64,000 nucleotides of DNA. Origin: Agarilytica sp. (GTDB taxonomy: Bacteria; Pseudomonadota; Gammaproteobacteria; Pseudomonadales; Cellvibrionaceae). This document shows, piece by piece, positions 46,811 through 58,487 of this stretch; the first letter of the stretch is position 1, and the number at the start of each line of letters is the position of its first letter. A program made the position numbers and the translations under genes. The notes beneath the pieces are model-generated. The model worked only from the letters and a program-made list of their open reading frames with translations, was not told the origin of the DNA and searched no databases. The stretch covers positions 387,953 to 451,952 of the forward strand of contig JAILXW010000002.1 of assembly GCA_045430305.1 (NCBI GenBank), read 5' to 3'.

Positions 46811-47752
46811 ATGGGGCGCAGGCGTAAATTCGGCCGCCCAGTGCATGGTGTTATTCTTATTGATAAAGCGCCGGGTATGACCTCTAACGACGTAGTTCAA
46901 AAGTGCAAACGCCTCTTTTTTGCAGAAAAAGCGGGGCATACTGGGGCGTTAGACCCACTTGCAACGGGCGTTCTTCCTATCTGCCTAGGGGAAGCGACCA
47001 AGTTTTCCCAATACTTATTAGATTCAGACAAGGTCTACGAAAGCGAATTTCGCTTTGGTGTGAGTACTGATACCTGTGATTCTGACGGGCAAGCCGTTTC
47101 GGAGGCTGATGCGTCTTCGCTGACTCGAGAACAGATCGAAGAGGCGATGCACAAATACCGTGGAGATATTGAACAAGTACCCCCTATGTACTCGGCCCTA
47201 AAAAAGGATGGCCAGCCGCTATACAAGCTAGCGCGAGAAGGTAAAGAGGTTGAGCGGGACGCGCGGCCTGTGACGATTTATGACTACGAGCTCATAAACG
47301 TTACGCCAGGCCCAGAAGCCACTGCCACCGTACGTATTCATTGCAGCAAGGGGACGTATGTCCGCAGTCTGGCGCATGACCTTGGTGCTGATCTTGGTGT
47401 GGGTGCCCATGTAGCAAAATTGAAACGTATAAAAACGGGTAATTTCGAGATCTCAGCCGCCTACAGCCTAGAGACACTGGAAACACGCCGAGGTGACGAG
47501 CGCGCAGAGATCCTTGATGAATTGCTATTGGCAATCGATGCTCCGGTAGAAAACCTGCCGAAAATTAGCCTCGATGAAGATGGTGCCTACTACTTTGGTC
47601 GCGGTCAGCCGGTTATGGATACTCAGGTCTACCGAATCGGTGCAGAAGGTGATACAGTGCGCGTCTTTCGCGGGCCAGAAGCATTTTTGGGCTTGGGTGA
47701 AATCACTGATGACGGGCGAGTTAGCCCCAAAAGATTGGTGGTAAACCACTAA
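46811..47752 (+). CDS. truB: tRNA pseudouridine-55 synthase
   Basis: KAGHTGALDPLATGVL, VPPMYSALK, CSKGTYVRSL. Confidence 0.97.
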   Translation: MGRRRKFGRPVHGVILIDKAPGMTSNDVVQKCKRLFFAEKAGHTGALDPLATGVLPICLGEATKFSQYLLDSDKVYESEFRFGVSTDTCDSDGQAVSEADASSLTREQIEEAMHKYRGDIEQVPPMYSALKKDGQPLYKLAREGKEVERDARPVTIYDYELINVTPGPEATATVRIHCSKGTYVRSLAHDLGADLGVGAHVAKLKRIKTGNFEISAAYSLETLETRRGDERAEILDELLLAIDAPVENLPKISLDEDGAYYFGRGQPVMDTQVYRIGAEGDTVRVFRGPEAFLGLGEITDDGRVSPKRLVVNH

Positions 47753-47939
47753 AATACGGTCGGCTTTACGCCAATGCGAACAAGAATTCGGACTTCTCGA
47801 CCAGCTTAGGTTGTTTCGGGGCGTTTGATAGCCCATCTGTAAATATGCACGGGTGGGCCAAACAGCGAAAAACCAGACGTCGTGTGAGCTTAGCTCCTGT
47901 GGTTTTTCGGGCATATTCATAGTAATAGAGGAAATCGTT

Positions 47940-48209
47940 ATGGCACTTAGTGCAGATGAAAAACAAACAATCTTGAAAGAGCACCAAATCGCAGACGGTG
48001 ATACTGGTTCTCCAGAAGTCCAAGTTGCTTTGTTGACAGCAAATATCAACAAGCTTCAAGGTCACTTTGCGGATCACAAGCAAGACCACCATTCGCGTCG
48101 AGGTTTGATTCGCATGGTAAACCAACGTCGTAAGTTGTTGGATTATCTTAAAGGTAAAGACGTCAGTCGTTACTCTGCGCTCATTCAAAAATTGGGCTTA
48201 CGCCGATAA
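47940..48209 (+). CDS. rpsO: 30S ribosomal protein S15
   Basis: [36 protein letters not shown]; GAGG RBS before ATG 47940. Confidence 0.98.
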   Translation: MALSADEKQTILKEHQIADGDTGSPEVQVALLTANINKLQGHFADHKQDHHSRRGLIRMVNQRRKLLDYLKGKDVSRYSALIQKLGLRR

Positions 48210-48215
48210 GATTCG

Positions 48216-48239
48216 ATGCCCGCTTCTGCGGGCATTTTT
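48216..48239 (+). terminator. Terminator after rpsO
   Basis: atgcccgc-ttct-gcgggcat followed by tttt. Confidence 0.8.
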
Positions 48240-48438
48240 CGTTTTATAGGCGAATTTTCTTTAGCGTTTTTTCGTTAAAGCTAAGTATGAAATAACAATA
48301 ATAAAAATAAAGTCATTTGAACTCACGAAGCTATTCAAAAAATATTTCTCAGTTTAGTACGTCAATAAAAGTAAATATCATAAACAATGTAAGTATCAGT
48401 CTGCGGTAATACGGCCCAGATGCAATGAAGGATAAAAA

Positions 48439-50583
48439 ATGAATCCAGTAATAAAACAATTTCAATACGGTAATCAAACAGTCACTTTAGAAACTGGTCG
48501 CGTTGCGCGACAGGCTACAGGTGCAGTTCTCACTACCGTAGGCAATACCAGCGTATTGTGTACCGTAGTTGGTGCTAAAGAAGCTAAAGCAGGGCAAGAT
48601 TTCTTCCCGCTTTCAGTGCACTACCAAGAAAAAGCTTACTCTATTGGTAAAATTCCTGGAGGTTTCTTCAAGCGTGAAGGTCGCCCTTCAGAGAAAGAAA
48701 CCTTAACTTCTCGTTTAATCGACCGTCCGATTCGCCCGCTTTTTCCAAAGGGTTTCCTAAACGAAGTACAAGTAGTTTGTAGCGTTGTTTCTGCCCACAA
48801 AGATGAAGATCCAGATATCGCTGCGCTGATCGGTACTTCCGCAGCTCTAGCGATTTCAGGCATTCCATTCAGCGGCCCAATTGGTGCTGCTCGAGTGGGT
48901 TACTCGCAAGACGAAGGCTACTTGTTAAACCCTAGCTATTCAGCTCTTAAAGGTTCTGAGCTAGATATGGTTGTTGCCGGTACACAAGATGCCGTACTTA
49001 TGGTGGAGTCTGAAGCGAACGAGCTTCCCGAAGACATTATGTTAGGGGCAGTACTGTACGCACACCAAGAGTTGCAAGCAGTTGTGCAAGCGGTGAACGA
49101 GCTTGTTAAAGATACTGGTAAAGAAAAATGGCAGTGGCAAGCGCCTGCTGCAAATGAAGAATTACTCGCCGCAGTAAAAGGTGGTTTCGAGGAATCAATC
49201 GGTGTTGCATACCGCATTACTGACAAGGCTAAGCGCTACGATCGTTTGTCAGAACTACGTACACAAGCCGTTGCTGAACTGGTGAGTGAAGAAAAAGGCA
49301 TTTCTGGTGATGATGTAAAAGGCTTGTTTGCCAAGCTTGAGAAGAACATCGTTCGTACCCGCGTTGTTGCCGGTGAGCCACGTATTGATGGTCGCGACAG
49401 CAAAACTGTACGTCCGCTTCAAGTAGAAGTTGGTGTGCTGCCAAAGGTGCACGGTTCTGCACTGTTTACCCGCGGTGAAACTCAGGCGCTTGTGGTGGCA
49501 ACGTTGGGTTCTGCGCGTGACGCACAAATTATTGATGCGCTTGAAGGTGAGCGTAAAGACAACTTCATGCTTCACTATAATTTCCCTCCGTACTCGGTTG
49601 GGGAATGTGGTCGCATGGGTGGCACTGGCCGTCGTGAAATCGGCCACGGCCGTTTGGCGCGTCGTGGTATTGGTGCCATGTTGCCGAACGCGGAAGACTT
49701 TCCTTATACCATGCGTGTTGTGAGTGAAATCACAGAGTCGAACGGTTCAAGCTCAATGGCATCGGTGTGTGGCTCAAGCTTGGCGTTGATGGATGCTGGT
49801 GTTCCCGTCAAAGCGCCTGTTGCGGGTATCGCAATGGGTTTGGTGAAAGAAGACAATGGCTTCGCCGTATTGACAGACATTTTAGGTGACGAAGATCACC
49901 TTGGTGATATGGACTTTAAAGTGGCCGGTTCTGCCAATGGTATTACCGCTCTTCAAATGGATATCAAGATCGAAGGTATCACTGAAGAGATTATGGAAAT
50001 TGCCCTAGAGCAAGCATTGAATGCACGTTTGCATATTCTTAGTGAAATGAACAAAGTACTTTCTGAATCTCGTAGTGAATTGAGTGACAGTGCGCCGCAA
50101 ATGCACACTTTGAAAGTTCACCCAGATAAGATTCGCGACATCATTGGTAAAGGTGGTGCAACGATTCGTTCGATTACTGAAGAAACGGGTGCATCGATCG
50201 ATATCGACGATGACGGTACTGTAAAAATCTATGCTGATGATGGTGATGGCCTAAAAGGTGCCATCGATGCAGTCATGGGTATTACCGCTGAAGCTGAAGT
50301 GGGTGAAACGTACAAAGGTAAAGTTGTACGAATCGTTGATTTTGGTGCGTTTGTTAACTTCCTTCCTGGTAAAGACGGCCTTGTACACATCTCTCAAATA
50401 GCGCACGAGCGAGTACAAAAAGTTGAAGACTACCTAGAAGTTGGTCAAGAAATCGACGTTAAGTGTCTCGATGTAGACCAGCGTGGTCGTATCAAGCTCT
50501 CAATTAAAGAGTTACTTGATCCGCCTGCAGAGAAACAAGAAGGTAATGCTGAAGCTGCGTCTAGCGAACAGCAAGGTGAATAA
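48439..50583 (+). CDS. pnp: Polyribonucleotide nucleotidyltransferase
   Basis: [44 protein letters not shown] and S1 domains. Confidence 0.98.
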   Translation: MNPVIKQFQYGNQTVTLETGRVARQATGAVLTTVGNTSVLCTVVGAKEAKAGQDFFPLSVHYQEKAYSIGKIPGGFFKREGRPSEKETLTSRLIDRPIRPLFPKGFLNEVQVVCSVVSAHKDEDPDIAALIGTSAALAISGIPFSGPIGAARVGYSQDEGYLLNPSYSALKGSELDMVVAGTQDAVLMVESEANELPEDIMLGAVLYAHQELQAVVQAVNELVKDTGKEKWQWQAPAANEELLAAVKGGFEESIGVAYRITDKAKRYDRLSELRTQAVAELVSEEKGISGDDVKGLFAKLEKNIVRTRVVAGEPRIDGRDSKTVRPLQVEVGVLPKVHGSALFTRGETQALVVATLGSARDAQIIDALEGERKDNFMLHYNFPPYSVGECGRMGGTGRREIGHGRLARRGIGAMLPNAEDFPYTMRVVSEITESNGSSSMASVCGSSLALMDAGVPVKAPVAGIAMGLVKEDNGFAVLTDILGDEDHLGDMDFKVAGSANGITALQMDIKIEGITEEIMEIALEQALNARLHILSEMNKVLSESRSELSDSAPQMHTLKVHPDKIRDIIGKGGATIRSITEETGASIDIDDDGTVKIYADDGDGLKGAIDAVMGITAEAEVGETYKGKVVRIVDFGAFVNFLPGKDGLVHISQIAHERVQKVEDYLEVGQEIDVKCLDVDQRGRIKLSIKELLDPPAEKQEGNAEAASSEQQGE

Positions 50584-50619
50584 CGTTTCACCTGTTAATT
50601 AGTTCACTCTAGTTCACAT

Positions 50620-50651
50620 AAAAGCCGTGATGAAGATCACGGCTTTTTTTT
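50620..50651 (+). terminator. Terminator after pnp
   Basis: aaaagccgtgat-gaag-atcacggctttttttt. Confidence 0.85.
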
Positions 50652-50814
50652 GCCTAAACGGTTCATAAATTAACCGCTTCTATTTCAAAAAAGAATAAAT
50701 TTTAATAAACACGGTGCGGTTCACGTCTAATAAGTGACCTGATTCGCTAATTTCGATTTTCACATCTCCTAAATACCTCCTGGGTAAATATAATGTCTCG
50801 CATCAAATATAAAG

Positions 50815-52479
50815 GTGGTAACGATGATTAGCAAAGCGTGTGTGAAGTGTCATGAACCGATGAACGGTGGTGTTTATCGAAAACCCAATCAGTGTCCACA
50901 TTGCTTTGGATTGCAGGACGAATCTAGGACCGCATTCAACAAACCAATCAAAACTGAAGCCGTTGCTAAGGCGAGCCTAGAGATAGTTGTCAATAACAAC
51001 ACAGCTATTGGGTTGCCTGAGGTTGAGGTCCAGCACACTCATCACGAAGATCTCCCTATTTGCGAAGCAACAACAGACACTGCGATTGAGGCTGAAGTAT
51101 CAACATCAGAAACCACGGCCGCATCTTCAGTTGAACCGGAAATTGCTAGCGTAGATACATTGGTCGCAGAGTTGGAGCAAAATAACCCAGACGTATTTGC
51201 GAAAGAAGATATGGGCTCGGCAGTATCACTTGCCGACGATGAAAAAATCTTCGATGACTCCACCGATGAATCTATCGTTGAAGCGCTAGAGGAAGAGACT
51301 GAATGCTTTGAGAATTTGGAAGTGCGTCCTGATGAGTCACAGAGCCTTGACGTATCTCTGAAAATTGAACCTCAGATTAGCGTAATGGAAGTTGAAGATT
51401 TCGACTTAGAAAGCGCGAAAAACGACCTAGAAACAGAAGAAAATGTTGATGTGCTTGAGCCGATCGAAGTCGAAGTTCAAGAGCAAGATAGTAGTGAGAA
51501 TGAACAAAAGGTCATTGCTAAAATCAAAGACGAAATTTTAGAGTTGCACAACGCTTTGGAAGAGCCAGAGATTACTTTGGAAGCTAGTGATGAGAACGTA
51601 GTTGAAATGTCGGACTACTCAAAAGCTGAAAAAGTTCAAGCGGAAGACGCCAAGGTTGAAGACGCACAAGATGCAGAGGAAGTTGCTGTTCTAAACGATG
51701 CGGTTACCAGTGATGGAAGCGGTATTGATGAGCGCGCTGACCAAGTTGTGACAGAAATAAATGCCAATGCGGAAATTGAGAAAGTTATTCAGCAAGAGCG
51801 GGAGCTCTCGGATGAAGATCTTGGTGAAGTAGCCCTTCTTGATGATGTCGTAACCTCTGAAAAAATTGCTGTTAATGGCGGTAAAATTGCGAGCGTTGAG
51901 CGCATCGCTGAAATTGTAAAGAAATCCGAAATTGAAACAGCGAAAAAAGCGGTTGAGATTGCAATTGCTAAAATGTCTAGCTCTGTCGACATGTCAGATG
52001 AAGTCGCCGACAAAGTTGCCGAGCGAGTAGTATCTAAAGTGGCAGAAAAAGTTGCCGATAAAGTCGCAGAGAAGGTGGTTTCGAATATCGAAGCTGAAAA
52101 GTCTGAAGATGAATTAGAAGAAAAACAAGACAAGCTTGGCAACGATACTCGTTATGAGTCGATTGTGCTTACCACTGAGTCAGCGTCTGATTTAGATGTT
52201 GAAAAACGCTTAGATATGGTAACAGCCGAGTTTGTATTCGATACAAAAATGATTAAGAGTGACGTTGCTGCGGTTAAAAACTTCTCTAACTCAGCGCAAA
52301 GTGTCTTAAAAGATGCACGTAAAACAGTACTTGATGAAATTAAAAAAGATGCCTATTTACTCGGCGCAAATACCGTTGTAGACGTAAACTTAGAGTACAG
52401 TGAAATTTCTGGCGGTGACCAAGCAATGATGTTCGTCATTGCTACTGGTACTGCGGTAAAAACTAAGCAGGCTGCCTGA
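50815..52479 (+). CDS. Zn-ribbon + long acidic region + YbjQ/UPF0145-like domain protein
   Basis: CVKC...CPHC at the N-terminus; Glu/Asp-rich middle; C-terminal ARKTVLDEIKKDAYLLGANTVVDVNLEY...IATGTAV. Confidence 0.75.
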   Translation: MVTMISKACVKCHEPMNGGVYRKPNQCPHCFGLQDESRTAFNKPIKTEAVAKASLEIVVNNNTAIGLPEVEVQHTHHEDLPICEATTDTAIEAEVSTSETTAASSVEPEIASVDTLVAELEQNNPDVFAKEDMGSAVSLADDEKIFDDSTDESIVEALEEETECFENLEVRPDESQSLDVSLKIEPQISVMEVEDFDLESAKNDLETEENVDVLEPIEVEVQEQDSSENEQKVIAKIKDEILELHNALEEPEITLEASDENVVEMSDYSKAEKVQAEDAKVEDAQDAEEVAVLNDAVTSDGSGIDERADQVVTEINANAEIEKVIQQERELSDEDLGEVALLDDVVTSEKIAVNGGKIASVERIAEIVKKSEIETAKKAVEIAIAKMSSSVDMSDEVADKVAERVVSKVAEKVADKVAEKVVSNIEAEKSEDELEEKQDKLGNDTRYESIVLTTESASDLDVEKRLDMVTAEFVFDTKMIKSDVAAVKNFSNSAQSVLKDARKTVLDEIKKDAYLLGANTVVDVNLEYSEISGGDQAMMFVIATGTAVKTKQAA

Positions 52480-52516
52480 ATTATCTCTGAGCTTGTATTG
52501 TAAAACACCTTTTTTT

Positions 52517-52550
52517 AAAACCCACTCTGCGAAAGCTTGGTGGGTTTTTT
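52517..52550 (+). terminator. Terminator after the YbjQ-domain gene
   Basis: aaaacccac...gtgggtttttt. Confidence 0.65.
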
Positions 52551-52616
52551 ATTGTCCGCTTTATAGCATAGGGCTGGTATCTGATACACTGTGAACAGGA
52601 TTTTCGGTGCTGCCAT

Positions 52617-53480
52617 ATGATTTTACGCTTCTCTTTGTATTTACATTTCTTTCAGTTTTCACGTGTGCCACTAGTTAAACTTGGCGTTCTTTTCTTTAAT
52701 GTTGTGCTTTGCTCAGGTGTAGCTTGGGCGACAGAAAAGCAAAAGCCGCCTGCGTGGGAAGTTGGTGCAGCGCTAGGTGGTCAGGTTTTGCGAGACTACC
52801 GTGGTTCAAAAGAAGAGCAGGTGCAGGTATACCCCATCCCCTTTTTGATTTATCGAGGCGATTTCCTTAAGGCTGATCGTAATGGTGTACGGGGTGAATT
52901 TTTGGCGAACGATCGAATAGAGCTAAATATTAGTGGGGAAACAGCCCTAAATGGAAGTTCTGACGACAATAAATTACGTCGTGACATGCCAGAGCTAGAG
53001 TCGGCCTTCGAACTTGGGCCTTCCTTAAATTTCAATCTTACGGGCAAAGATTTTAATCATGGCTGGCAACTGCGTATCCCGTTGCGAGCGGTGGCCACGA
53101 TTGGCAACACGGGAACACGCTTTATAGGTTACAATTTTAATCCCCGGTTTACTTATTCTCATCCGCGAGTGTTTGGTCGTTGGAAGTGGAAAGTGAGTGT
53201 CGGTGGGCTGCATGGCTCACAAAAATATCATGACTATTATTATAGTGTTGAGCAAAAATATGTAACGGGGGAGCGGCCTTTTTATCGGGCGGAAGCTGGG
53301 TATAGCGGTCACTACTTTAAAACCAGTTTAACGAAAAGGCACGCGGACTATATATTCGGTTTTGCACTTCGTTACGACAATTTATCTGCGGCTACGTTTA
53401 GAGATAGCCCCTTGGTGGAAACTAAAGATTATTTTGCATTTAGCTTTATGCTGGCCTGGACGGGCTTAAAGTCGAATTGA
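52617..53480 (+). CDS. MipA/OmpV-family outer-membrane protein
   Basis: WEVGAALG...DYRGS...PIPFLIYRG, RRDMPEL...FELGP, YHDYYYSV, YDNLS...SPLV. Confidence 0.8.
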   Translation: MILRFSLYLHFFQFSRVPLVKLGVLFFNVVLCSGVAWATEKQKPPAWEVGAALGGQVLRDYRGSKEEQVQVYPIPFLIYRGDFLKADRNGVRGEFLANDRIELNISGETALNGSSDDNKLRRDMPELESAFELGPSLNFNLTGKDFNHGWQLRIPLRAVATIGNTGTRFIGYNFNPRFTYSHPRVFGRWKWKVSVGGLHGSQKYHDYYYSVEQKYVTGERPFYRAEAGYSGHYFKTSLTKRHADYIFGFALRYDNLSAATFRDSPLVETKDYFAFSFMLAWTGLKSN

Positions 53481-53519
53481 TATTTTAACGTGGCCCGGAA
53501 TACATGGTTTAGGTTTAGT

Positions 53520-55127
53520 CTAAAGGCTCAAAAGTAGCATAAGTGAGACTAGGAATAAGATGGGGCTTGCTGGGCTCATGCTTTCAAATGGATAGGAAAG
53601 CGCTACGCCAGTAATGGCTAGTAGTACGCTTGCGACCTTGAGTTTTAACTTCTTCTTATTGTTTTCGGTGTGGGCAAGTTCATTTTTTTCAATTTTGTCA
53701 GACACTTGTGAGATATGTTTGATGTCGTCCAGTGACTCTAGTAATAGATGCGGTATTTCCGGCAGTTTTTCCAGCCATTCGGGTGCATAGTAGCGAAACT
53801 CTTTCCAGAGTGTTTTGGGTTGATAGCGTTGTTTGATCCAGCGTTCTAAGAAAGGGTGTGCGGTATCCCACAAATTTAAATCTGGGTAAAGCTGTCGCCC
53901 CAAGCCTTCAATGTTTAATAAGGTTTTTTGTAGCAAAACAAGCTGGGGTTGCACCGGCATGTTGTAGCGTTGCGCGGTTCGAAAAATAGTAATAAGCGCT
54001 TCCCCAAAAGAAATTTCTTTTAGCGGTAACTCAAAAACAGGTTCACATACTGCGCGAATGGCAGATTCAAACCCTGTTACCGAAGTTCCTTTTGGTACCC
54101 ACCCACTGTTGACGTGTAGCTCTGCCACTTGGCGATAATCACGACGGAACATGGCAATAAGGTTGCGAGCTAAATAATATTGATCTTCTCGAGTGAGTGA
54201 GCCCACAATCGCCATGTCCACGGCGATATAGCTGGGGCGCTCAGGATCGTTATGGGAAACAAATATATTCCCTGGATGCATGTCGGCATGGAAAAAATTG
54301 TGCTCAAATACCTGTGTAAAAAATATTTCTACACCGCGTTCGGCTAACACCTTCATGTTGGTGTTTTGCTTTTCTAAGATGTTGATATCTGTAACAGGGA
54401 TGCCGTAAATGCGTTCCATGACCATAACGTTGCTACGGCTGTAGGGCCAATAAACCTTTGGCACATACAGTTTGTCAGATGCTTCAAAGTTGCGACGCAG
54501 TTGAGAGGCATTTGACGCTTCTAGCGATAGGTTGAGTTCATCAAATATCGTATTACGATAATCTTCTACCACTTCCACTGGTCGCAGTCGTTTGCCATCT
54601 GGTGCAATTTTTTCGACAATTTTAGCGAGTCTAAGTAATAGCTTGGTGTCTTTTTCAATGGTGTGTTCGATGCCGGGGCGAATAGCCTTGATAATGACGT
54701 CATCGCCGTTTTTCAATTTTGCTGCATGTACTTGTGCGACAGAGGCGGAGCCGAGAGGTTCTTGTTCGAAGTCGATAAAAACATCATCAATCTTGTCATC
54801 AAGTGCTTTTTCAACAAGGTCGATAAAATGTTGGCTATCAAATGGAGCGACATTGTCTTGCAAGTGGCTGAGCTCGTCGACAATGTCGTGGGGGATTAAG
54901 TCTGGTCGCGTGGAAAGCAATTGGCCAAACTTAACAAAAATGGGGCCTAGTTCTTCAAGGGCTAGGCGCAAACGTTGCCCGCGAGATTGGTCCCCAAGGG
55001 GGTAGAGTTTACAAAACCATAAAAGCGGCAAATATTTTTTATTGATTGCCTGCTTGGGGGCTAGCGTATCGAGTCGATAGCGCGCAAATGTTTTAATGAT
55101 GGTGAGTAAACGAAGTAGGCTAGACAC
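53520..55127 (-). CDS. ubiB: Ubiquinone biosynthesis kinase-like protein UbiB
   Basis: LGPIFVKFGQLLSTRPD, PLGSASVAQVH, FFHADMHPGN, LLQKTLLNIEGLGRQL. Confidence 0.96.
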   Translation of the reverse strand: MSSLLRLLTIIKTFARYRLDTLAPKQAINKKYLPLLWFCKLYPLGDQSRGQRLRLALEELGPIFVKFGQLLSTRPDLIPHDIVDELSHLQDNVAPFDSQHFIDLVEKALDDKIDDVFIDFEQEPLGSASVAQVHAAKLKNGDDVIIKAIRPGIEHTIEKDTKLLLRLAKIVEKIAPDGKRLRPVEVVEDYRNTIFDELNLSLEASNASQLRRNFEASDKLYVPKVYWPYSRSNVMVMERIYGIPVTDINILEKQNTNMKVLAERGVEIFFTQVFEHNFFHADMHPGNIFVSHNDPERPSYIAVDMAIVGSLTREDQYYLARNLIAMFRRDYRQVAELHVNSGWVPKGTSVTGFESAIRAVCEPVFELPLKEISFGEALITIFRTAQRYNMPVQPQLVLLQKTLLNIEGLGRQLYPDLNLWDTAHPFLERWIKQRYQPKTLWKEFRYYAPEWLEKLPEIPHLLLESLDDIKHISQVSDKIEKNELAHTENNKKKLKLKVASVLLAITGVALSYPFESMSPASPILFLVSLMLLLSL

Positions 55128-55147
55128 AGTGTTGTTACGCTAAGTTT

Positions 55148-55771
55148 TTATACTTGATTAATGGATGATTGGATACGCTGTATGCGAGCGTGTATTCGTT
55201 GGCTTAGAGCGTTTGCTTCATCTACCTCTTTATAGAATTGTTTTAGCTCTGTTTCAGAGGGTAGTAATTCTAGCTCGTCTATTAGTAACGCGGGCAGGGA
55301 ATCGCTAAGGTTGTTTGTTTGTTTGTTCAGCCAGGCGCTGCTTTGTCGAACCGCTTGCGCTATGGCGTGGCCGGGGACGTTGCCAAATATTTCATTTATT
55401 GGTGCTTCCCAATCGATATCGAGGTCTGTCAGAATATTTTTAATATCTTCTAATACGCCAACTTTTCCAGAAACTTCTATATCCAACTTCGCAAGCGAAG
55501 CCTCTTTTTGTGTTGCTAAAGTAAAAAAATCAAAAAATTCGCCAGAGATTTTTACGTCGCTTTCCTGGGCTTCGTGAACGGCAGAGACTAGAACAGCCCT
55601 ATCGTTTATCAAAAAAGAAAAGTGAGCGCTTGGGTTGTGTGTTTGAATTTGGATGTTGGTGTTGTCGAGTTGTGCCAGACGCGCTTGGCTGGCGGGGTCA
55701 TATTTCAAGGCGATGTTTATTGCGCGTTCAAGTGCAGAAGCGGCAAGTGAATATAAGCTCGGGTCTAGCAT
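55148..55771 (-). CDS. ubiJ: Ubiquinone biosynthesis accessory factor UbiJ
   Basis: LERAINIALKYDP, SCP2-like region, LDIDWE, coiled-coil tail; lies between ubiE and ubiB. Confidence 0.88.
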   Translation of the reverse strand: MLDPSLYSLAASALERAINIALKYDPASQARLAQLDNTNIQIQTHNPSAHFSFLINDRAVLVSAVHEAQESDVKISGEFFDFFTLATQKEASLAKLDIEVSGKVGVLEDIKNILTDLDIDWEAPINEIFGNVPGHAIAQAVRQSSAWLNKQTNNLSDSLPALLIDELELLPSETELKQFYKEVDEANALSQRIHARIQRIQSSINQV

Positions 55772-56521
55772 TTAGGCTTTTATTCCTTTATGCAGCGCGA
55801 CGATGCCACCTGTCATATTGTAGTAGCGGCATTCTTCAAATCCGACGTTTTCCATCATGCCTTTTAAGGTTTCTTGGTCAGGGTGCATACGAATACTTTC
55901 TGCTAAGTAGCGATAGCTATCCGCATCGTCGGCGATGAGTTTGCCCATAGTGGGTAAAATTGAGAAAGAGTAGGTGTCGTAAGCTTTTTCGAGTAATGGG
56001 TTTTTAGGTTTGGAAAACTCCAGTACTAGTAAGCGGCCACCTGGTTTTAACACGCGGAGCATAGAGCTTAAGGCGAGGTCTTTATCGGTAACGTTTCGCA
56101 AGCCAAAGGCGATGGTAATACAATCAAAATAATTATCTGGGAATGGCAAAAACTGTGCGTCGGCCTGCACATATTCGATATTACCCACGACACCATGGTC
56201 GATTAGTTTGTCTCGGCCAACTTTGAGCATGGAGTCATTGATGTCTGCCAGTACAACTTGGCCGCTTTCTCCAACCAGGGTGGAAAACTTTCTCGCGAGG
56301 TCTCCGGTGCCGCCGGCTATGTCGAGCACGCGTTGGCCACTGCGAACCGCAGACATTTCGATAGTAAAGCGCTTCCAAACTCTGTGAACGCCAGCAGACA
56401 TAAGGTCATTCATGACGTCGTATTTGGCCGCTACAGAGTGAAAGACCCCTGCCACGCGGCCAGCTTTTTCTTTAACGTTGACCTTCTCGTAACCGAAGTG
56501 TGTTGTATCGTTTTCAGCCAT
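55772..56521 (-). CDS. ubiE: Ubiquinone/menaquinone C-methyltransferase UbiE
   Basis: [47 protein letters not shown]. Confidence 0.97.
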   Translation of the reverse strand: MAENDTTHFGYEKVNVKEKAGRVAGVFHSVAAKYDVMNDLMSAGVHRVWKRFTIEMSAVRSGQRVLDIAGGTGDLARKFSTLVGESGQVVLADINDSMLKVGRDKLIDHGVVGNIEYVQADAQFLPFPDNYFDCITIAFGLRNVTDKDLALSSMLRVLKPGGRLLVLEFSKPKNPLLEKAYDTYSFSILPTMGKLIADDADSYRYLAESIRMHPDQETLKGMMENVGFEECRYYNMTGGIVALHKGIKA

Positions 56522-56665
56522 GCTTAGTCTCTAAATTGGAATGCGCGTATTGTAACGTGGATGGAGCGGCAGGGGTTAGTTTTGCGGTTTGATTGGCCAA
56601 GCCGCGTGGTAGGCAGGTATGAGGCGAAAAGGCTTGAGAGATTAATTCTCTAGCGTTGGTCTGTT

Positions 56666-57064
56666 CTAATCTTTTGACGGTGGTACGGGGGTGACCCATT
56701 TAACGGTACTTAAGCCTTCGTTGGCTGTGTGTTCGGCGACTTTTTCAAGGTAGGTCGTCCAGTTCTGTTCCTGCTTTTCGCCCAGCTCACGTAAATATGA
56801 CCATGTGTATATGCCTGAATCGTGATGATCGCTAAATATCAGTTTAATGGCATAGTTGCCCTGGGCTTCAATGCCGGTGATACCTACGTGGCTTTTATCG
56901 AGTTGTAGTACTTCTTGCCCGGGGCCGTGACCTTTCACTTCTGCGGACGGGGAGAATACGCGAAGATATTCTGCGCTGAGTTGGTAGTTGGCGCGATTAA
57001 ACGCCACCTCAAGTATTTGCGATTTGCGATGAAGTTTAATGTTCGTGGGGGCTTCGTCGTGCAT
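56666..57064 (-). CDS. DUF971 / gamma-butyrobetaine hydroxylase-like N-terminal domain protein
   Basis: LSAEYLRVFSPSAEVKGHG, GNYAIKLIFSDHHDSGIYTWSYL. Confidence 0.9.
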   Translation of the reverse strand: MHDEAPTNIKLHRKSQILEVAFNRANYQLSAEYLRVFSPSAEVKGHGPGQEVLQLDKSHVGITGIEAQGNYAIKLIFSDHHDSGIYTWSYLRELGEKQEQNWTTYLEKVAEHTANEGLSTVKWVTPVPPSKD

Positions 57065-57103
57065 AGGGCCGGTGCAAACTACTATAGGGTTGAATGTGCT
57101 TGT

Positions 57104-58432
57104 TTAAAGAATGAAACGACTCAAATCTTCATCTCGCGATAATTCATCGAGTTGAGAATCGACAAAATTTTCGTCCACAATGACTTCTTCTTCGCTATTA
57201 CTAGCGAAAGATATTTCTTCTAGAAGCTTTTCTAACACCGTGTGTAAGCGTCGCGCGCCAATATTCTCTGTGCTTTCATTAACACGAAATGCAGTTTCGG
57301 CGATTTTACGAATACCATCATCAGTAAAACTTAAATTAATACCTTCGGCGTCGAGGAGGGCTTGATGCTGCTCTGTTAGTGATGCATCTGGCTCGGTGAG
57401 AATTTTTTCGAACTCGTCGGGGGTCAGCGCTTCTAGTTCTACGCGAATGGGCAAGCGGCCCTGAAGTTCGGGAATCAAATCGGAAGGTTTGCTTAAGTGG
57501 AAAGCGCCTGATGCGATAAATAAAATATGATCAGTTTTTATCATGCCGTGTTTAGTGCTGATGGTGCAGCCTTCGATTAAGGGCAAAAGGTCTCGCTGAA
57601 CGCCTTCGCGGGAAACGTCACCACCAGAGGCGCCGTCGCGTTTACTGACCTTATCTATTTCGTCGATAAACACAATGCCGTTTTGTTCAGCGTTTTCAAT
57701 TGCGCGGGCTTTGAGGTCATCTTCATTGATGAGTTTTTGGGCTTCTTCCTCCAATACGCGTTTGCGTGCTTTGGCGACGGTCATTTTGGTTTTTTTCGCA
57801 CGGTCGTTTGACATGTTAGAGAACATGTTTTGAAGTTGGTTGGTCATGTCTTCCATGCCGGGGGGAGCCATGATTTCTACACCGACGGGGGCTGTGGCGA
57901 CGTCTATTTCTATTTCTTTGTCGTCGAGCTCGCCTTCACGTAGCTTTTTACGAAAGACTTGCCGTGTAGTGTTTTGCGTTTTACTTTCGTCGTTCACGCT
58001 AGACTCGTTACCGCGTGCAGGCGGTATTAGCGCATCGAGAATACGGTCTTCAGTGGCATCTTCTGCGCGGTGTTTTACTTTGGTGAGTTCTCGCTCGCGG
58101 TTGAGTTTGATCGAGCGGTCGACTAGGTCACGAATGATGGATTCGACATCGCGCCCCACATAACCAACTTCGGTAAATTTCGTTGCTTCTACTTTTATGA
58201 AAGGAGCGTTTGCCAAACGGGCTAAACGACGTGCGATTTCTGTTTTGCCTACACCGGTTGGGCCGATCATTAGAATGTTTTTGGGGGTGATTTCATTTCT
58301 TAGGTTTTCGTCGAGTTGCATGCGGCGCCAGCGATTACGTAAGGCAATGGCAACCGCTTTTTTGGCAGCGTTTTGGCCAACGATATGTTTGTCGAGTTCG
58401 TGGACGATTTCTTGGGGCGTCATTTCAGACAT
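57104..58432 (-). CDS. hslU: ATP-dependent protease ATPase subunit HslU
   Basis: [38 protein letters not shown]. Confidence 0.98.
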   Translation of the reverse strand: MSEMTPQEIVHELDKHIVGQNAAKKAVAIALRNRWRRMQLDENLRNEITPKNILMIGPTGVGKTEIARRLARLANAPFIKVEATKFTEVGYVGRDVESIIRDLVDRSIKLNRERELTKVKHRAEDATEDRILDALIPPARGNESSVNDESKTQNTTRQVFRKKLREGELDDKEIEIDVATAPVGVEIMAPPGMEDMTNQLQNMFSNMSNDRAKKTKMTVAKARKRVLEEEAQKLINEDDLKARAIENAEQNGIVFIDEIDKVSKRDGASGGDVSREGVQRDLLPLIEGCTISTKHGMIKTDHILFIASGAFHLSKPSDLIPELQGRLPIRVELEALTPDEFEKILTEPDASLTEQHQALLDAEGINLSFTDDGIRKIAETAFRVNESTENIGARRLHTVLEKLLEEISFASNSEEEVIVDENFVDSQLDELSRDEDLSRFIL

Positions 58433-58487
58433 GGTAGACCTTTAAAATTGGGTGAAAGCTTTGTGATCGTGCGGCGATAAGCATTCG

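Noticed and set aside
52005-52085. Possible DNA tandem repeat or mini-CRISPR
   Set aside because: The periodicity is at the protein level (VAEK-type repeats) with synonymous variation; there are no spacers, and no repeat-spacer array was seen anywhere in the window.
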